Shown here: piece by piece, positions 23,507 to 33,827 of the stretch
Layout of the letters: every line of letters starts with the position of its first letter
How positions within the stretch are numbered: position 1 is the stretch's first letter
Source: a virus
Taxonomy: Duplodnaviria; Heunggongvirae; Uroviricota; Caudoviricetes
IMG/VR virus record: IMGVR_UViG_3300001242_000012
Reading direction: 5' to 3' (one strand)
DNA: 41,946 nucleotides
Position numbers and translations under genes: made by a program
The notes under the pieces: generated by a model
Database searches by the model: none
What the model was told of the DNA's origin: nothing
What the model saw: the letters and a program-made list of their open reading frames with translations, nothing else

Positions 23507-23860
23507 TTAAAATTTGAAATCATTTAATGAGAACTTCTCTGGAGTAGGTTCCGGTGTGTCATCAGTTGCTGCATCTTTTATAACACTTATTAAAAGAGTT
23601 GACAATAGGAACATCAACTGCCCAGGATTTATATTTTTAGTCTTAATTAAATTCAACAATTCAATTCCGATTGGTGCCGTGTCTTTAATATCTTGTGGTC
23701 CAATGTCGCCAGCTAATGCCATATTAAATTTAGGTAGGATCTTCAATAGATCCATACCAATTTCAAAACTTTCCATTAACTTCTCCTTAGTATTTATTTT
23801 TTGGAACATCATTGTCCAATAAGAATTTATTATCCATCCTTGTTGGACGTCTAGTCCCAT
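23507..23860 (-). CDS. hypothetical protein
   Basis: ORF track; start uncertain. Confidence 0.6.
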   Translation of the reverse strand: MGLDVQQGWIINSYWTMMFQKINTKEKLMESFEIGMDLLKILPKFNMALAGDIGPQDIKDTAPIGIELLNLIKTKNINPGQLMFLLSTLLISVIKDAATDDTPEPTPEKFSLNDFKF

Positions 23861-24239
23861 CTTTCTTATAATCCCATGAATTAAATAAGTCTGGTCTTTC
23901 CTGTATGATTGACAGTTGCTCCTCTATAGTTTCACAATTAGAGAAGTCAATCACTTCATATTCAGAAGGAATACCGAATATGTGCTCGTAGGCTTTGGAT
24001 AGCTGTTCGATTAGAGTGTCTATACTACTCTCAAACTGTTCTGAAGAACCGCACTCAAAATAGGCATGATTTTTCCTATCAGGATACTCATATACGACTA
24101 CAGCTTCAATTCTTCCATCAACAGTTTGTTTTGTTAATATTCTATGGAATGGAGCTTCATTACTTATAGAACCATTAACCTGTATGATGAATTTGTAAAG
24201 TTTTTCTCCTTCTTTTACATCTAATGATACATTCTTCAT
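23787..24239 (-). CDS. hypothetical protein
   Basis: ORF with AGGAG RBS. Confidence 0.65.
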   Translation of the reverse strand: MKNVSLDVKEGEKLYKFIIQVNGSISNEAPFHRILTKQTVDGRIEAVVVYEYPDRKNHAYFECGSSEQFESSIDTLIEQLSKAYEHIFGIPSEYEVIDFSNCETIEEQLSIIQERPDLFNSWDYKKDGTRRPTRMDNKFLLDNDVPKNKY

Positions 24240-24258
24240 ATCAAAACTCCTTTTAGAA

Positions 24259-26196
24259 TTATACTCTTCTTATGAGACCCTCTGGAATCTCATTGATGAA
24301 CCTAGAGATTTTCTGTTCCATTGTCATTCCCGCAATCATTCTTAATCTACTGCCTGATAGATAAAGTTTGTCCTTAGCTCTTGTAACTGCTACATAGAAT
24401 AAACGTCTCTCCTCTTGCATGTCTTTAGGGTTACTAAATGATCTTGCATGAGGAAAGATACCTTCTTCTATACCAACAGTAAATACTATAGGAAATTCAA
24501 GTCCCTTAGCAGTATGTACGGTCATTAACTTTACCATATCCTTATCGTCTTTAATTTGGTCTTGGTCTGAAAGTAGACTAATACCAGATAAGAAGGATGT
24601 CATGGTTGGACTAGCACTCTCTGATTGATATCTTTCAGCTACTATTAATAATTCATTAAGATTATCAATCCTTACCAATGATTCTTCAGAGCCATCTTCA
24701 ATAAGAATAGCTACGTATTGAGTATCATGCCATATTTTAGTGATTATATCAGTTAACTTGTTCTCTTGATTATTAGAGTATTCACGTAAGTCTTTAATCA
24801 AATCAAGGAATCCAGATAATTTATCTCTAGTTCCCTTTGATAGCTTGGGTACTTCATCAAATCTTTCCAGAGCATCAGGGAATGATATCCCTGCATCACG
24901 AGCAAACTGCTCTATCTTCTTGATTGTAGTGTCTCCAATTCCTCTCTTAGGAACATTGATTATTCTCCTTAAAGCAAGGGAATCAAATTCATTGGTTAAT
25001 ATTCTGAGATAAGCAATCATATCTTTGATCTCTTTACGGTCGTAAAACGCTAATCCTCCAACGATCTGATAAGGGATTTGGTTCTGGATTAAGGCTTCCT
25101 CTATCGCTCTTGACTGTGTATTAGTTCTATAGAGGATAGAGAAGTCACCATAATTTCTCTCTTCTACTTTCATAGTCCTTTTAATTAATGCTGCTATCAG
25201 TCTAGCTTCATCAGTCTCATCTTCTGCATGATGGAATACTATTGGAACTCCAGCGCTATTCTCAGTCCAAAGTTCTTTAGTAATCTGCTCTTTATTGTTA
25301 GATATAACTGCATTAGCTGCTCTGATAATTGTAGAAGTAGAACGATAGTTTTGCTCCAGCTTGACTATTTCAGTATCTTCATGCTCACCAAGGCTTAATA
25401 TGTGTGAGATATCAGAACCTCTAAAACTATATATGCTTTGTGAAATGTCTCCTACTACGAATAAATTATTATTCTCTGTATGTAACAGCTGTAGAAGATC
25501 ATTTTGTGAGCTATTAACATCTTGAAATTCGTCAACCAGAATGTGTTCAAATTTGTTCTGAAAGGTTCCTCTGATATTTTTATTACTCTGTAGTAGTTGC
25601 ACAGGCTTCATAATTAGATCATCAAAGTCAAGACTGTTATTCTCAGCTAGTAGTTCTTGGTACCTATGATAGGCATTAGATACGTCTTTCTCGGCCTTCT
25701 TAATGGCTTTCTCCATTAATTCCTGCTGAGTAACCATGTTGTTCTTTGCTTTACTTATCATATCAGCTACAAACTCCGGCTTATATCCATCTTCTATTCC
25801 TACCTGTTTCATAGCCTGTTTGATAAGCTTAAGTTGATCTTTGCTGTCTAATATAGTGAATCCTGATTGTACTCCAACAGATGCACCAAATTTAGACAAC
25901 ATTCTAACACCTATACCATGGAAAGTTCCTATCCAGCTGTATCTTACGGAATTACCAACGAGATTAGATAATCTAGATCTCATTTCATTAGCAGCTTTAT
26001 TTGTGAAAGTCACAGCTAATACTCTAGAGGGGTCAACTCCATTATATATCTTGTGTGCTATTCTGTAAGCTAAGGTGCGAGTCTTTCCAGAACCCGCACC
26101 AGCTAATACAAGAATATTTTTACTTTCACTTAATGCAGCTTTACTCTGTGCCTTGTTCAGTTCTTGTAGAATTTTCATTAGCATTCTCCCGTGCAC
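24259..26196 (-). CDS. pcrA: PcrA/UvrD-family SF1 helicase
   Basis: AGAGSGKT, TFTNKAA, VDEFQD, QSIYSFRG, LEQNYRS, MTVHTAKGLEF, EERRLFYVAVTRA. Confidence 0.96.
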   Translation of the reverse strand: MHGRMLMKILQELNKAQSKAALSESKNILVLAGAGSGKTRTLAYRIAHKIYNGVDPSRVLAVTFTNKAANEMRSRLSNLVGNSVRYSWIGTFHGIGVRMLSKFGASVGVQSGFTILDSKDQLKLIKQAMKQVGIEDGYKPEFVADMISKAKNNMVTQQELMEKAIKKAEKDVSNAYHRYQELLAENNSLDFDDLIMKPVQLLQSNKNIRGTFQNKFEHILVDEFQDVNSSQNDLLQLLHTENNNLFVVGDISQSIYSFRGSDISHILSLGEHEDTEIVKLEQNYRSTSTIIRAANAVISNNKEQITKELWTENSAGVPIVFHHAEDETDEARLIAALIKRTMKVEERNYGDFSILYRTNTQSRAIEEALIQNQIPYQIVGGLAFYDRKEIKDMIAYLRILTNEFDSLALRRIINVPKRGIGDTTIKKIEQFARDAGISFPDALERFDEVPKLSKGTRDKLSGFLDLIKDLREYSNNQENKLTDIITKIWHDTQYVAILIEDGSEESLVRIDNLNELLIVAERYQSESASPTMTSFLSGISLLSDQDQIKDDKDMVKLMTVHTAKGLEFPIVFTVGIEEGIFPHARSFSNPKDMQEERRLFYVAVTRAKDKLYLSGSRLRMIAGMTMEQKISRFINEIPEGLIRRV

Positions 26197-26911
26197 ATGA
26201 TACTTGACGATAAGCTTCCAACACTTCTTCTTTAAGTGGAAACTCTCCGCAAGTTCTGTTTCTATTCTCAGAACAGTATCCTAACACCCTACATTTAGGT
26301 ACCAAATACTTAGAAAACATTGGGTACACGGTTCTTATCTGTTCTGCTATCCTTCTTGTAAGCTCAGTAATCTCCTCCTGAGCTCTCTTACATAGTCTAA
26401 CATTACAGATATGGATTAATTCTCTAAGGTTCATAGTAATGACCATGTTAGTAGTACTGCCTTCAGGCATCAGCATTCTTGCATTCTCTTTCTTAACACC
26501 CATCTTGATTAAGTCTTGGTAGTCAAGTAAAGAATCAATCATACACTCTCTATACAGGTCCTCAAGTCCTAGCTCTTTAATTTCTTCAGGTATAGCATAG
26601 GAGAAAGTATCCTTAGTTGTTTGCACATATCTTTGAGACTGCTGTGATGGAGATATAAGACGGTGCCTAACTAATTGATGACTAGTTACTCTACTAATTC
26701 CTGAGATAGCAAAAGTAAAGCTTGTGTGCTCTAGAATGCTATGATGCCCGGAAGATATAATATCGTTAATAAGTGTCACTTTCTGCTCAATAGGTATGTT
26801 GTATGCTTTCTCCCATATCTCCATTGGAGTGTCTGATGAATAGCAAGTGCGACAAGCAGTATACAGAATATTTATTGTTTCTTCCGGTTTTGATAATAAA
26901 GTTACATTCAT
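26141..26911 (-). CDS. thyX: FAD-dependent thymidylate synthase
   Basis: HHSILEH, ISRVTSHQLVRHR, SQQSQRY, ARMLMP. Confidence 0.95.
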   Translation of the reverse strand: MNVTLLSKPEETINILYTACRTCYSSDTPMEIWEKAYNIPIEQKVTLINDIISSGHHSILEHTSFTFAISGISRVTSHQLVRHRLISPSQQSQRYVQTTKDTFSYAIPEEIKELGLEDLYRECMIDSLLDYQDLIKMGVKKENARMLMPEGSTTNMVITMNLRELIHICNVRLCKRAQEEITELTRRIAEQIRTVYPMFSKYLVPKCRVLGYCSENRNRTCGEFPLKEEVLEAYRQVSCARENANENSTRTEQGTE

Positions 26912-27058
26912 ACCATGTTAACCTCTCTTAACTTAGATTCGAGAGCATGATATAATGCTTCTACATCCTTAGTCTGCATTCTATCGAGGCTAGGTATTTG
27001 CATACCTAGCATGTCCTCGATTAATGCGCAGAGGTTAACCTTCTTTCTAAAGGCTATT

Positions 27059-28105
27059 CTACTCATTCGGCATTTGCCCTCCACGTAACATTTGTTCTAA
27101 CATATTACAGAATTCTTGGTTTTCCTTAACATAGGCTCTGACATTGTCTCTACCTTGGATCTTAAAGTAGTCTGGACTACCTTCTTCTCCGTATGTAAAC
27201 CATGCCCCGCCTTGTTTAATTATACCGGCTGTTATGGCTACGTCAGCCACTTCTGCTTGTCTATCTACACCTATTCCGTACTGTAGATTAAAGATAGCTT
27301 CTTTGTATGGTGTAGCTATCTTATTTTTAACTATCCTACATTTAATTTGATGTCCAATGATTACACCAGCAGTGTCTTTAATCTGGCCACTGTTACCACC
27401 ATTCTGACTGACAGCTATCCTAATTGATGCATAGAACGCGAGCGCTCTTCCACCACTGGTAACCTCCGGATTGCCATAAAGGACACCAACCTTTTCACGA
27501 ATTTGGTTGATGAAGATTATAGTACAATTACCTTCTGATGTGACCGGTGTCATTTTACGTAGAGCCTTGCTCATAAGCCTAGCTTGTAGACCTATAGAGT
27601 TTTGTTCCATCTCTGCTTCTGATTCAGCAGAAGGGAGTAGAGCACTCACTGAGTCAATAACTATCACACCAAATTCACCTGTTCTGGCTAAGGATTCAGC
27701 TACTTCTAGTGCTTCCTCACCAGTGGATGGTTGGTTAATAATCAAGTCGTCTATGTTTACTCCATACTCTTGTGCTAAATTAGGGTCTAATGCATGTTCT
27801 ACGTCAACGAATGCAGCTAGTCTACCTGACTTCTGTACTTCAGCTATGTGTAGTAGAGCAAGAGTAGTCTTGCCTGAAGCTTGCGCTCCGTATAGCTCTA
27901 CTATTCTACCAGTAGGTAATCCTCCTTTACCTAACGCAAGGTCAAGTAACAGAGAACCTGTTGACTCAACCTTGATATCATAATTGGTAAAGTTATCGCC
28001 CAATCTTTGGACTGAACCAGCGCCAAACTTCTTATTAAGAAGTGTTAGTGCTTTGTCCACATCGGCATATGCCAAATTTGATTCCTCCATTTTAGCTCTT
28101 TGCAA
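27059..28105 (-). CDS. recA: recombinase RecA
   Basis: GAQASGKTT, DVEHALD, IDSVSAL, ARLMSKALRK, FINQIREKVG. Confidence 0.97.
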   Translation of the reverse strand: MQRAKMEESNLAYADVDKALTLLNKKFGAGSVQRLGDNFTNYDIKVESTGSLLLDLALGKGGLPTGRIVELYGAQASGKTTLALLHIAEVQKSGRLAAFVDVEHALDPNLAQEYGVNIDDLIINQPSTGEEALEVAESLARTGEFGVIVIDSVSALLPSAESEAEMEQNSIGLQARLMSKALRKMTPVTSEGNCTIIFINQIREKVGVLYGNPEVTSGGRALAFYASIRIAVSQNGGNSGQIKDTAGVIIGHQIKCRIVKNKIATPYKEAIFNLQYGIGVDRQAEVADVAITAGIIKQGGAWFTYGEEGSPDYFKIQGRDNVRAYVKENQEFCNMLEQMLRGGQMPNE

Positions 28106-28382
28106 GTGTTTGTAGTTCTTCGATCCTATTCATAATCCTAAAGCGTTCTGACTCGTCTACTACTCTCTCTAACTTTTCTTTCAAGAGTGAGAGAGTAGTC
28201 TTATCATCTGCTTTACATACTGTTGTAGCTTCAGGATTGAACTGCATATATTCTTCCCATAGTATCTTAGCTACTTTAGCTTTAGCCTGGGTTTCACTAA
28301 AGCCACCTTTGATATATAGGTTATACAAATGCATTGAATATTGATGAAGTCCATTTATCAGTGTCTCATGACTAGGAGTCAT
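28092..28382 (-). CDS. hypothetical protein
   Basis: ORF track. Confidence 0.65.
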   Translation of the reverse strand: MTPSHETLINGLHQYSMHLYNLYIKGGFSETQAKAKVAKILWEEYMQFNPEATTVCKADDKTTLSLLKEKLERVVDESERFRIMNRIEELQTLAKS

Positions 28383-28395
28383 CTTATCTCACCTT

Positions 28396-28758
28396 CTAAA
28401 ACGGTGTGTCATCAGAGTTGGCAACTGCACCAGCACCCTTGCCACGTTCAAGGAACTTGATATTATCAATCTTATATTCTGTTCTGTACTTCTTCACACC
28501 GTCTTGTTCCCAAGTCTTTGTATGAGGACGACCAGCTATAAAGATCAATTTACCTTTGTCCATAAAGTTGCAGAGATTATCTGCTGTCTTACGCCAAGCT
28601 ACACAATCATAAAAGTCTGAAGGTGCATCCTTGAATTCACCATCACATGCAATTGTGAATGTACATACTGAAACTTCCTCACCGTTGATCGTTACACGTC
28701 TTAGGCCCTCACTAGGGTCCTTAACCAGTCTTCCAATCGCTTCAAATCTAGCAAACAT
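28396..28758 (-). CDS. ssb: single-stranded DNA-binding protein
   Basis: GRLVKDP, FTIACD, DFYDCVAW, KGKLIFIAG, acidic DDTPF tail; start moved to the ATG after GAGGAGG. Confidence 0.93.
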   Translation of the reverse strand: MFARFEAIGRLVKDPSEGLRRVTINGEEVSVCTFTIACDGEFKDAPSDFYDCVAWRKTADNLCNFMDKGKLIFIAGRPHTKTWEQDGVKKYRTEYKIDNIKFLERGKGAGAVANSDDTPF

Positions 28759-28791
28759 ATTAAATTTTTCCTCCTCGACGCTATATAGCAT

Positions 28792-28820
28792 ATTATACTA
28801 CAAAAGTAGTAATATTTCAA
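28792..28820 (-). promoter_or_regulatory. sigma-A-type promoter for ssb-recA
   Basis: TTGAAA-17 bp-TATAAT. Confidence 0.85.
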
Positions 28821-28849
28821 TTGTATTTCACCTGCCAGGCGCAGGAAAG

Positions 28850-29053
28850 TTAGCTTCTAGCTTTCTTAACTAACATTACGATCTCATGTGTCATTACCGC
28901 TATGATCACTAATGGCCATGCTAATGATGCTAATATCATAGCCGTAGATAATGCAAACGAATATTCTCTCATGTCTTCAGGTTTATCCTCTTTCATATAC
29001 CACATTACATGGATAAGAATGAGGGAAAGAATAGCTATAACAATGTATATCAT
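28850..29053 (-). CDS. small membrane protein
   Basis: Two hydrophobic segments. Confidence 0.6.
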   Translation of the reverse strand: MIYIVIAILSLILIHVMWYMKEDKPEDMREYSFALSTAMILASLAWPLVIIAVMTHEIVMLVKKARS

Positions 29054-29325
29054 ACAACAACTCCCTGCATCAAAGATCTAAGTAGTTTCTTAGATATTCT
29101 AACGACAAAGTCTTGTTCTATATCTACTATATGATCAATAGGATAGTTTTCATTATAGTGAAAAGCATTCTTATTCCTATTGTCAATAGCTATTATAGTA
29201 GCATGTGGATATAGTGTTGTGACTAGTTTCCCTTTACCGTCTATCTTACCTATATCAGTTCCTAATGGAACTGCGTAAGTATATCCATCTATCCTCACTA
29301 CTTTAATTCTGTCTCCAATTATCAT
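29050..29325 (-). CDS. hypothetical protein, paralog of 29341-29655
   Basis: Shared YAVP and YP(I/V)(D/E) motifs. Confidence 0.65.
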   Translation of the reverse strand: MIIGDRIKVVRIDGYTYAVPLGTDIGKIDGKGKLVTTLYPHATIIAIDNRNKNAFHYNENYPIDHIVDIEQDFVVRISKKLLRSLMQGVVV

Positions 29326-29340
29326 AGAATCATTCCTTTC

Positions 29341-29655
29341 TTAAAATGGCATAGGTGGATATCCAGGCAAGATTCCAAGCTGACGATAGAGTTTGTCAGA
29401 CATTCTTGCTATCGATCCAGAAGTCATTTGTAATATATCTTCAACCGGATATTCTTCATGGTTTCTATATAAGGATGCTGCGCCTTGTTCTAGATAGCCT
29501 GTAATTTTAACGTTTTCATACGCAATCGATGTAGATCTCATGTTAGTTATTTTGTTCCTAAGTTCTTCTACGCCCATAGCTTTTACTGGAACAGCGTAGA
29601 AGTATTGATTAATGTTTAGTACATTAATAAATTCTCCTTCTTTCATTACAATCAT
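29341..29655 (-). CDS. hypothetical protein, paralog of 29050-29325
   Basis: YAVP...EYPVED. Confidence 0.65.
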   Translation of the reverse strand: MIVMKEGEFINVLNINQYFYAVPVKAMGVEELRNKITNMRSTSIAYENVKITGYLEQGAASLYRNHEEYPVEDILQMTSGSIARMSDKLYRQLGILPGYPPMPF

Positions 29656-29747
29656 AACATCACTCCAAAAATAGATTTAGTATTCACCGAGAAAAACCAG
29701 AAAACATATTGACGACCCTTAGGCCCTATAAAAAAATTTGGTATTTT

Positions 29748-30317
29748 TCAGTATATTAAGGGTTTTGCCTCAGTATATGAATTGTTGGAACTACTGTACT
29801 CCACGGTTATCAATCTTCCATATTTAGTTAACACGGAATCCTGTATGTTTATTATCCTCTGGTTATTACTTCCTTTCCATGGTGTGATAGGATATCTATT
29901 ATGTAATTGATATGGTCCATCAATTAGTAATGACACCTCATTTACTAGAGTAAGTATTGGAGAGGATGGCTGTACATTCCGTAATATATCTTCCAGTACA
30001 TAACCAGTATATAAAATTACTGTGCCTGGGTAGAACCTCTTATACCACCTCACTATCTCTATTAATGGTTCAGCTTGTAATAATGGCTCACCACCTGATA
30101 GTGTAATTCCAGAGATACTTCTTGATGTCAAGTGTGCTCTGTTAATCATTCTCTTAACTTCATTAACTTTCATGAGTCTTCCACCATTAGGGTCCCAAGT
30201 ATCTGGATTATGACATCCTGGGCAATGATGTGGACATCCTTGAGTGAAGATTGTAATCCTTATTCCTGGACCATCCACTACTGATTCATTGGTTATACCA
30301 GCTATCCTAATATCCAT
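29748..30317 (-). CDS. nrdG: anaerobic ribonucleotide reductase activating enzyme (radical SAM)
   Basis: ESVVDGPGIR, QGCPHHCPGCHNP, SGGEP, GSNNQR. Confidence 0.95.
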   Translation of the reverse strand: MDIRIAGITNESVVDGPGIRITIFTQGCPHHCPGCHNPDTWDPNGGRLMKVNEVKRMINRAHLTSRSISGITLSGGEPLLQAEPLIEIVRWYKRFYPGTVILYTGYVLEDILRNVQPSSPILTLVNEVSLLIDGPYQLHNRYPITPWKGSNNQRIINIQDSVLTKYGRLITVEYSSSNNSYTEAKPLIY

Positions 30318-30696
30318 TGTTATGGTGCAGTGATACACATTTAGTACTTCCTGCATTGTCATATACGATAGCTAGTCTATCAGCATTAGGGACAAAGTAA
30401 ATCACAACGAAATCACCATTAGGAAGATCAAGATGCGATTCTCCACTAGCTTTAATCTCATTTATCTTATTACGCCGATTATTCATGATAACATCATAGA
30501 CATTAACTGGTTCATGTCTCCTACGAGGATTAGCAATTGGTCTATCAGCTTGTTGATCTGCTAATGTTTGTCCTAATGTCCTAGTGTTAGTTGGTAAAGG
30601 CTCATTTCTACCTCTTGTGCTATTTCTAGTTCCTGTAAGAGTATCAGATAGCTTATTAAGTGTTTCATTTAGTTGATTATAAGCTGTTAAATTCAT
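30307..30696 (-). CDS. hypothetical protein
   Basis: ORF with GAGGTG RBS. Confidence 0.6.
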   Translation of the reverse strand: MNLTAYNQLNETLNKLSDTLTGTRNSTRGRNEPLPTNTRTLGQTLADQQADRPIANPRRRHEPVNVYDVIMNNRRNKINEIKASGESHLDLPNGDFVVIYFVPNADRLAIVYDNAGSTKCVSLHHNNGY

Positions 30697-30705
30697 ATTA
30701 CCACC

Positions 30706-30954
30706 TCAAAGATCAATTTCAGGAAGCATAGCTTTCCTTCCTGATAGCCAATGATCACAATCTGTCATATATTCAATAACGCCATTTGTTATAAAACTAT
30801 GGCATCTTGGATGTTCTAAGTAAAGCACTGATGGATTCAATGTAGGATAATTAACATTACCATTAAAATCCCATGTATTATCCACACAGTGTAGTTTTCC
30901 ACATCCTGGACAATAGAACAGATACGTGTTTCCGCGTATTACTAGTCTAGCCAT
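30706..30954 (-). CDS. DUF6527-like small Cys/His protein
   Basis: CPGC..H..W.FNG....PT..PSVL....CHSFIT.G......DC.H. Confidence 0.7.
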   Translation of the reverse strand: MARLVIRGNTYLFYCPGCGKLHCVDNTWDFNGNVNYPTLNPSVLYLEHPRCHSFITNGVIEYMTDCDHWLSGRKAMLPEIDL

Positions 30955-31159
30955 TTGATCACTTCTCCGTACTTAGATTTAAGAATTGGTACACAATATT
31001 TATCGTACTTTATAACATAATCTCTTCCTCTCAGCTTTTTCGTCTATTTTCTGTAATATATGTTCAGGAAGAATTTCGTTTAATCTTCCATATTGTACAT
31101 TTTTAGGTTTGATGACAAAGCTTGTTTAGCATCATCATTAAGATTAAGAAATTGAACAA

Positions 31160-31486
31160 TTATATCCTCTTACCTGTAAGAGCCATATAATCACTTATGG
31201 TTGCTGTAAGTACTATATGTTCTTGTTTTATACTTGGCAATACTTCCATTAGTTGATCAACAAGCTCCGATATATAATCATATCTAGTAGAACTAGGCTT
31301 AGAGGAATATTTATCTCTTATCTTTTGATCTACAATCATCATAGAGTCTCTGATATTTCTTTTTAAGTCATTAATTGATTTTGCATAAGTTTCATCAACT
31401 AATTTTTCTTCCTGTTTTTTTCTTATCATTCTGACTAGTTCATCGTTAGATAACGCTAAATCAGAATCAGTAATATTAATTAACAT
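31160..31486 (-). CDS. hypothetical protein
   Basis: ORF track. Confidence 0.6.
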   Translation of the reverse strand: MLINITDSDLALSNDELVRMIRKKQEEKLVDETYAKSINDLKRNIRDSMMIVDQKIRDKYSSKPSSTRYDYISELVDQLMEVLPSIKQEHIVLTATISDYMALTGKRI

Positions 31487-31937
31487 ACCTTAATTCCTCC
31501 CTAACTTGCATTAGTAATATTCCAAGTTTATTCTTACCAGTACCATCTGGACCTGTACCCCAGTACGAGTCCACTGGGCTTGATTCAACCAGATAGGCAT
31601 CTCCTGTGGCTAGTAACATATCTCTTAAATGTTTATGCTGAGTAAACTTAGCACGCAAGGCTGTAAGCATAATTTCTTCCTTAATCAGGTTCCAGTCAGC
31701 ACGTAATGGGCGGTGTTTCTTACGTCCTTCTTTGGCTGCTTCGTAAGCAGTTAGTTGATTAATTATTACATACTCGTGTTCAGTTCCTACGAACTTTTGT
31801 GACTGAAAGTAATGTTCAGTGGTTAAGTATATTTTCCCACTAATCATTATTGTAGCATACCAGAAGTTACTTAGGAACCCATAAGGTTCACTAGTCTTCC
31901 AAAACTCTATTATTTCAATCTTTCTCTTTGGTATCAC
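31476..31937 (-). CDS. NADAR (YbiA-like) protein
   Basis: YGFLSNFW, TTEHYFQSQKF, W...K..IM...L.AKF.Q, VESSP.DSYWG.G...G.NKLG..LM.VR. Confidence 0.93.
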   Translation of the reverse strand: MIPKRKIEIIEFWKTSEPYGFLSNFWYATIMISGKIYLTTEHYFQSQKFVGTEHEYVIINQLTAYEAAKEGRKKHRPLRADWNLIKEEIMLTALRAKFTQHKHLRDMLLATGDAYLVESSPVDSYWGTGPDGTGKNKLGILLMQVREELRYVN

Positions 31938-32306
31938 TTAGTTCACCTCAATATAAGTATTATCTTTAAATATTATCGTACCAAATTCTGCTGCTACAAC
32001 ATCTAACACACAACTTGGATTACTTCCATGCCAAGTCTTATAGTGATAGAGTTTGGCATCTAACTTATTCATATGCTCGTATTCATCAAGGTTCAATATG
32101 TATTGTGAGTTATAATTGACAAACACGTCAGCTTCTCTACATTCTTCAAGATACCTAGCTACCACACATGTTTCACTATCCGCGTTACCTATATGCTTGA
32201 CAACAGCAAGTCTCCATTTAGCTATGTTATATAGCCAGAAACATACCATTACTAGTTGATCTGTTTTAAAGTGATCATGTTGTCTACAATAATGTTTCAT
32301 TATCAT
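31938..32306 (-). CDS. DQIV-family-like protein
   Basis: FKTDQLVMV. Confidence 0.6.
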   Translation of the reverse strand: MIMKHYCRQHDHFKTDQLVMVCFWLYNIAKWRLAVVKHIGNADSETCVVARYLEECREADVFVNYNSQYILNLDEYEHMNKLDAKLYHYKTWHGSNPSCVLDVVAAEFGTIIFKDNTYIEVN

Positions 32307-32359
32307 TGTGTAGCCTCCTAAATAACATTGCTCTTGGCTTACCTCAACAGAAATATCAT

Positions 32360-32557
32360 TTATATATCTACAGCTATGAAGTAAGAGTCAAAGATGTATC
32401 CCTTATTTACTGATACAATTATGGGATAACCATCATCACATACGACATAATAAGAATCGTTCATGTTATCAGCAAGGATAGCATCATATATTCTATCCAT
32501 CGTAAGAACATTTGTGTCCAGATATCCATATTCTTTTATGCATAAAAATTTCATCAT
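32360..32557 (-). CDS. TxDKIY-family protein
   Basis: FLCIK...LTMDRIY...CDDG...FDSYF. Confidence 0.72.
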   Translation of the reverse strand: MMKFLCIKEYGYLDTNVLTMDRIYDAILADNMNDSYYVVCDDGYPIIVSVNKGYIFDSYFIAVDI

Positions 32558-32796
32558 CGACCCTCACTAATCTTAATGAATCTATATGAACACATTCCGG
32601 CTATCTTCATGCCTTCCAAACTAACCTGATGTTTACTACATTTTTCCCAGGCATGAGGATGTATACATCCTTCAGGATTATTATGATGACTGCATTGATA
32701 AGCTACGGATACAGCATAACATTTGTCTCTTTGAAACCTAAATCCTTCGTAGTTGTCGTCTTTAATAGCAACCAGTATGTCTCCTTCTTTAATCAT
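32554..32796 (-). CDS. Cys-rich protein, paralog of 1887-2129
   Basis: See 1887-2129. Confidence 0.7.
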   Translation of the reverse strand: MIKEGDILVAIKDDNYEGFRFQRDKCYAVSVAYQCSHHNNPEGCIHPHAWEKCSKHQVSLEGMKIAGMCSYRFIKISEGR

Positions 32797-32998
32797 TTCA
32801 TCTCCTTAGGTCAGATGTAGCTAATTCTCTACAATAGTCACAGCTATAAAATAGATAATTATCTTCATCGGCATTTGCACATTCTGGCATACCGTAATCA
32901 TGTAATCCAAGTTTACTTGGACAGAGCTTCTCGTCCTTAAGCTTATTTAATAATTCATCCGGTGTCATCATCTCACCTCAATCTTCAAGTAATACAAG

Positions 32999-33397
32999 TT
33001 AGTCTTTGTTATGAATCATAGATACTCTTTGCTTTGACAAGCCTAAGAGTATCCCTATTTCTTCGAATGTTTTGCCTTCTTGCCTTAGGCTGTTTATTAA
33101 AGCTTTTCGTGCTATATTTTCTGGACTTATTTCTCTTTTAACTCTTTCCTTTGGTTCAGTATGCTTATCTTTCTTTGGATAAGGATGTTCTCTATAATAA
33201 CAGCTTTTACACAAACCTCTAGCGTATATGTTTTGATTTTTTCTACATTTGCTACAAGTTATAGATTCATATAGATCACAAGTGTCTGTGCTATTATTGT
33301 AATCTCTCACATTATAAGTTCCATTAGGTTTTGCATTAACAATGTGGTTTTTACAAGTTCTTAATTTTAAACAGCACCTATTATTACAGTAGTCCAT
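32999..33397 (-). CDS. Cys-rich protein with C-terminal sigma70-region-4-like HTH
   Basis: TFEEIGILLGLSKQRVSMI. Confidence 0.75.
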   Translation of the reverse strand: MDYCNNRCCLKLRTCKNHIVNAKPNGTYNVRDYNNSTDTCDLYESITCSKCRKNQNIYARGLCKSCYYREHPYPKKDKHTEPKERVKREISPENIARKALINSLRQEGKTFEEIGILLGLSKQRVSMIHNKD

Positions 33398-33533
33398 GTC
33401 TATTCACTCCAAGCTCGCTAACACATGTCTTATATTCTCTGCTATAATGTCAAGATATACAGAACACATAGCTCTTTCGACAGCATAAGCTTCAAGTTTT
33501 TCCAGAGCCTCTCTCATAATCCTATTTTGTTCT

Positions 33534-33827
33534 TCAGTAGTCATAGATACCCTCCATTTTATCACATATCATCGGCCTATTAGGACAATTTTCTTGACTA
33601 AGAAGGAGTAGCATAGTCCTGTAATTCTGCGATCCAAGTGCCAGATCGCTATGTGAGATGTTAAATAATTCATATTTTCCAGCATCATTTAACACATATG
33701 AATTATAAGACCCACTCTGATATACACACTTCGCATCATAGATTTTGTCCACAGTCAGTTTATAGTCATGTAATGGTGGTGCAATGCACACCACCTTGAA
33801 TAATATGTCTTCTACATTATTCACCAC
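33534..33827 (-). CDS. TxDKIY-family protein
   Basis: VVCI...LTVDKIY...NDAG. Confidence 0.7.
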   Translation of the reverse strand: MVNNVEDILFKVVCIAPPLHDYKLTVDKIYDAKCVYQSGSYNSYVLNDAGKYELFNISHSDLALGSQNYRTMLLLLSQENCPNRPMICDKMEGIYDY

